Below are positions 61,245 through 64,000 of a stretch of 64,000 nt of DNA, in pieces; the first letter of the stretch is position 1; each line of letters begins with the position of its first letter. The stretch covers positions 2,418,001-2,482,000 of the forward strand of contig CATNEN010000030.1 in NCBI GenBank assembly GCA_950097015.1. The letters are read 5' to 3'. The notes beneath the pieces were generated by a model, which saw only the letters and a list, made by a program, of their open reading frames with translations, had not been told where the DNA came from and ran no database searches. This DNA comes from Macrostomum hystrix. Its lineage: Eukaryota > Animalia > Platyhelminthes. The position numbers were made by a program, and so were the translations under genes.

Positions 61245-63560
61245 AGGTGATGTTCTAGGGTTTGATGAGATGATTATCTAGGGTTTGATGAGATGATTAT
61301 CTAGAGTTCGATGAGGTGATGTTCTAGGGTTCGATGAGGTGATGTTCTAGGGTTCGATGAGGTGATGTTCTAGGGTTTGATGAGATGATTATCTAGGGTT
61401 TGATGAGGTGATGTTCTAGGGTTCGATGAGGTGATGTTCTAGGGTTTGATGAGATGATGTTCTAGGGTTCGATGAGGTGATGTTCTAGGGTTTGATGAGG
61501 TGATTATCTAGGGTTTGATGAGGTGATGTTCTAGGGTTCGATGAGGTGATGTTCTAGGGTTTGATGAGGTGATTATCTAGGGTTTGATGAGGTGATGTTC
61601 TAGGGTTTGATGAGATGATGTTCTAGGGTTCGATGAGGTGATGTTCTAGGGTTCGATGAGGTGATGTTCTAGGGTTCGATGAGGTGATGTTCTAGGGTTC
61701 GATGAGGTGATGTTCTAGGGTTTGATGAGATGATTATCTAGGGTTTGATGAGATGATTATCTAAGGTTCGATGAGGTGATGTTCTAGGGTTCGATGAGGT
61801 GATGTTCTAGGGTTTGATGAGATTATTATCTAGGGTTCGATGAGGTGATGCTCTAGGGTTCGATGAGGTGATGTTCTAGGGTTTGATGAGATGATTATCT
61901 AGGGTTTGATGAGATGATTATCTAAGGTTCGATGAGGTGATGTTCTAGGGTTTGATGAGATGATTATCTAGGGTTCGATGAGGTGATGTTCTAGGGTTTG
62001 ATGAGATGATTATCTAGGGTTTGATGAGGTGATGTTCTAGGGTTCGATGAGGTGATGTTCTAGGGTTTGATGAGATGATGTTCTAGGGTTCGATGAGGTG
62101 ATGTTCTAGGGTTTGATGAGGTGATTATCTAGGGTTTGATGAGGTGATGTTCTAGGGTTCGATGAGGTGATGTTCTAGGGTTTGATGAGGTGATTATCTA
62201 GGGTTTGATGAGGTGATGTTCTAGGGTTTGATGAGATGATGTTCTAGGGTTCGATGAGGTGATGTTCTAGGGTTCGATGAGGTGATGTTCTAGGGTTCGA
62301 TGAGGTGATGTTCTAGGGTTCGATGAGGTGATGTTCTAGGGTTTGATGAGATGATTATCTAGGGTTTGATGAGATGATTATCTAAGGTTCGATGAGGTGA
62401 TGTTCTAGGGTTCGATGAGGTGATGTTCTAGGGTTTGATGAGATTATTATCTAGGGTTCGATGAGGTGATGCTCTAGGGTTCGATGAGGTGATGTTCTAG
62501 GGTTTGATGAGATGATTATCTAGGGTTTGATGAGATGATTATCTAAGGTTCGATGAGGTGATGTTCTAGGGTTTGATGAGATGATTATCTAGGGTTCGAT
62601 GAGGTGATGTTCTAGGGTTTGATGAGATGATTATCTAGGGTTCGATGAGGTGATGTTCTAGGGTTCGATGAGGTGATGTTCTAGGGTTCGATGAGGTGAT
62701 GCTCTAGGGTTCGATGAGGTGATGTTCTAGGGTTCGATGAGGTGATGTTCTAGGGTTTGATGAGATGATTATCTAGGGTTTGATGAGATGATTATCTAAG
62801 GTTCGATGAGGTGATGTTCTAGGGTTCGATGAGGTGATGTTCTAGGGTTTGATGAGATTATTATCTAGGGTTCGATGAGGTGATGCTCTAGGGTTCGATG
62901 AGGTGATGTTCTAGGGTTTGATGAGATGATTATCTAGGGTTTGATGAGATGATTATCTAAGGTTCGATGAGGTGATGTTCTAGGGTTTGATGAGATGATG
63001 TTCTAGGGTTTGATGAGATTATTATCTAGGGTTCGATGAGGTGATGCTCTAGGGTTCGATGAGGTGATGTTCTAGGGTTTGATGAGATGATTATCTAGGG
63101 TTTGATGAGATGATTATCTAAGGTTCGATGAGGTGATGTTCTAGGGTTTGATGAGATGATTATCTAGGGTTCGATGAGGTGATGTTCTAGGGTTTGATGA
63201 GATGATTATCTAGGGTTCGATGAGGTGATGTTCTAGGGTTCGATGAGGTGATGTTCTAGGGTTCGATGAGGTGATGCTCTAGGGTTCGATGAGGTGATGT
63301 TCTAGGGTTCGATGAGGTGATGTTCTAGGGTTCGATGAGGTGATGTTCTAGGGTTCGATGAGGTGATGTTCTAGGGTTCGATGAGGTGATGTTCTAGGGT
63401 TCGATGAGGTGATGTTCTAGGGTTCGATGAGGTGATGTTCTAGGGTTCGATGAGGTGATGCTCTAGGGTTCGATGAGGTGATGTTCTAGGGTTTGATGAG
63501 ATGATTATCTAAGGTTCGATGAGGTGATGTTCTAGGGTTTCATGAGATGATTATCTAGGG
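61245..63560. repeat. 23-bp satellite GATGAGGTGATGTTCTAGGGTTC
   Basis: Visible; in a coronin intron, with recurring variant blocks. Confidence 0.97.
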
Positions 63561-64000
63561 TTTGATGAGGCAATTTTCTCGGGTTTGATGGTACGTTTCG
63601 AACAGATTACAGTCTTCTATCAAGAGCATCTGTTGGCCTAAAAATAAAAAAAAATTCAAAACATATACACTACTTTCTACTACACAAATCTTGCGAAAGA
63701 TCCTCAGTCAAAATGGCTACAGTGCAGAAACGGCCGATCAGCTTGGAGTGAGTCAGCAGCGGCTATTTCAGAGTTTGATAAAGATTTTTAATTGCAACCA
63801 ACGGAGTTTAACCTAGAATGTGCCAGCTACGGGACACATAGTGTTTACACAGACAGACACTGGCGTTCAGCCATTCCAGAGCGAAATTGCTTATGAAAAA
63901 AAGTGCATTACACTGTAGCGATTTCTGTTAGCTTTAAATTTAAACTATTTGTTGCCGCAATTACTAAACTACAACTACGCTCGTAGAACTAAGGAGTAGA

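Overview
Eukaryotic (animal) genomic DNA: AT-rich intergenic/intronic sequence, GC-rich exons, spliceosomal introns, and about 30 unrelated tandem arrays covering roughly 27 kb (about 40%, hand-summed). The style resembles a flatworm such as Macrostomum (inference only). Five spliced genes can be assembled by hand with phase-consistent junctions: (1) a minus-strand secreted/surface protein with signal peptide, acidic Ser-Gly segment, thyroglobulin type-1 domain and SEA domain, running off the left edge; (2) a 296-aa plus-strand orphan with SILK + RVxF PP1-docking motifs, a CaaX end and a GC-AG intron; (3) a plus-strand FAM217-like gene with a Cys-rich module; (4) a minus-strand RGK (Rad/Gem/Rem) GTPase; (5) the 3' half of a minus-strand coronin. 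There are also two tRNA-derived SINE families and an hAT-type MITE with an 8-bp TSD. The most striking element is a tRNA-like Pol III unit in an RGK intron with a type I hammerhead ribozyme between its A and B boxes, followed 486 nt later by a second hammerhead copy (retrozyme-like). A second theme is repeats built from splice sites: 11 in-frame tandem donors in coronin and a CAG/polyQ run starting at an RGK acceptor. Most long ORFs in the supplied track are repeat artefacts. All gene models are unverified by transcript data.
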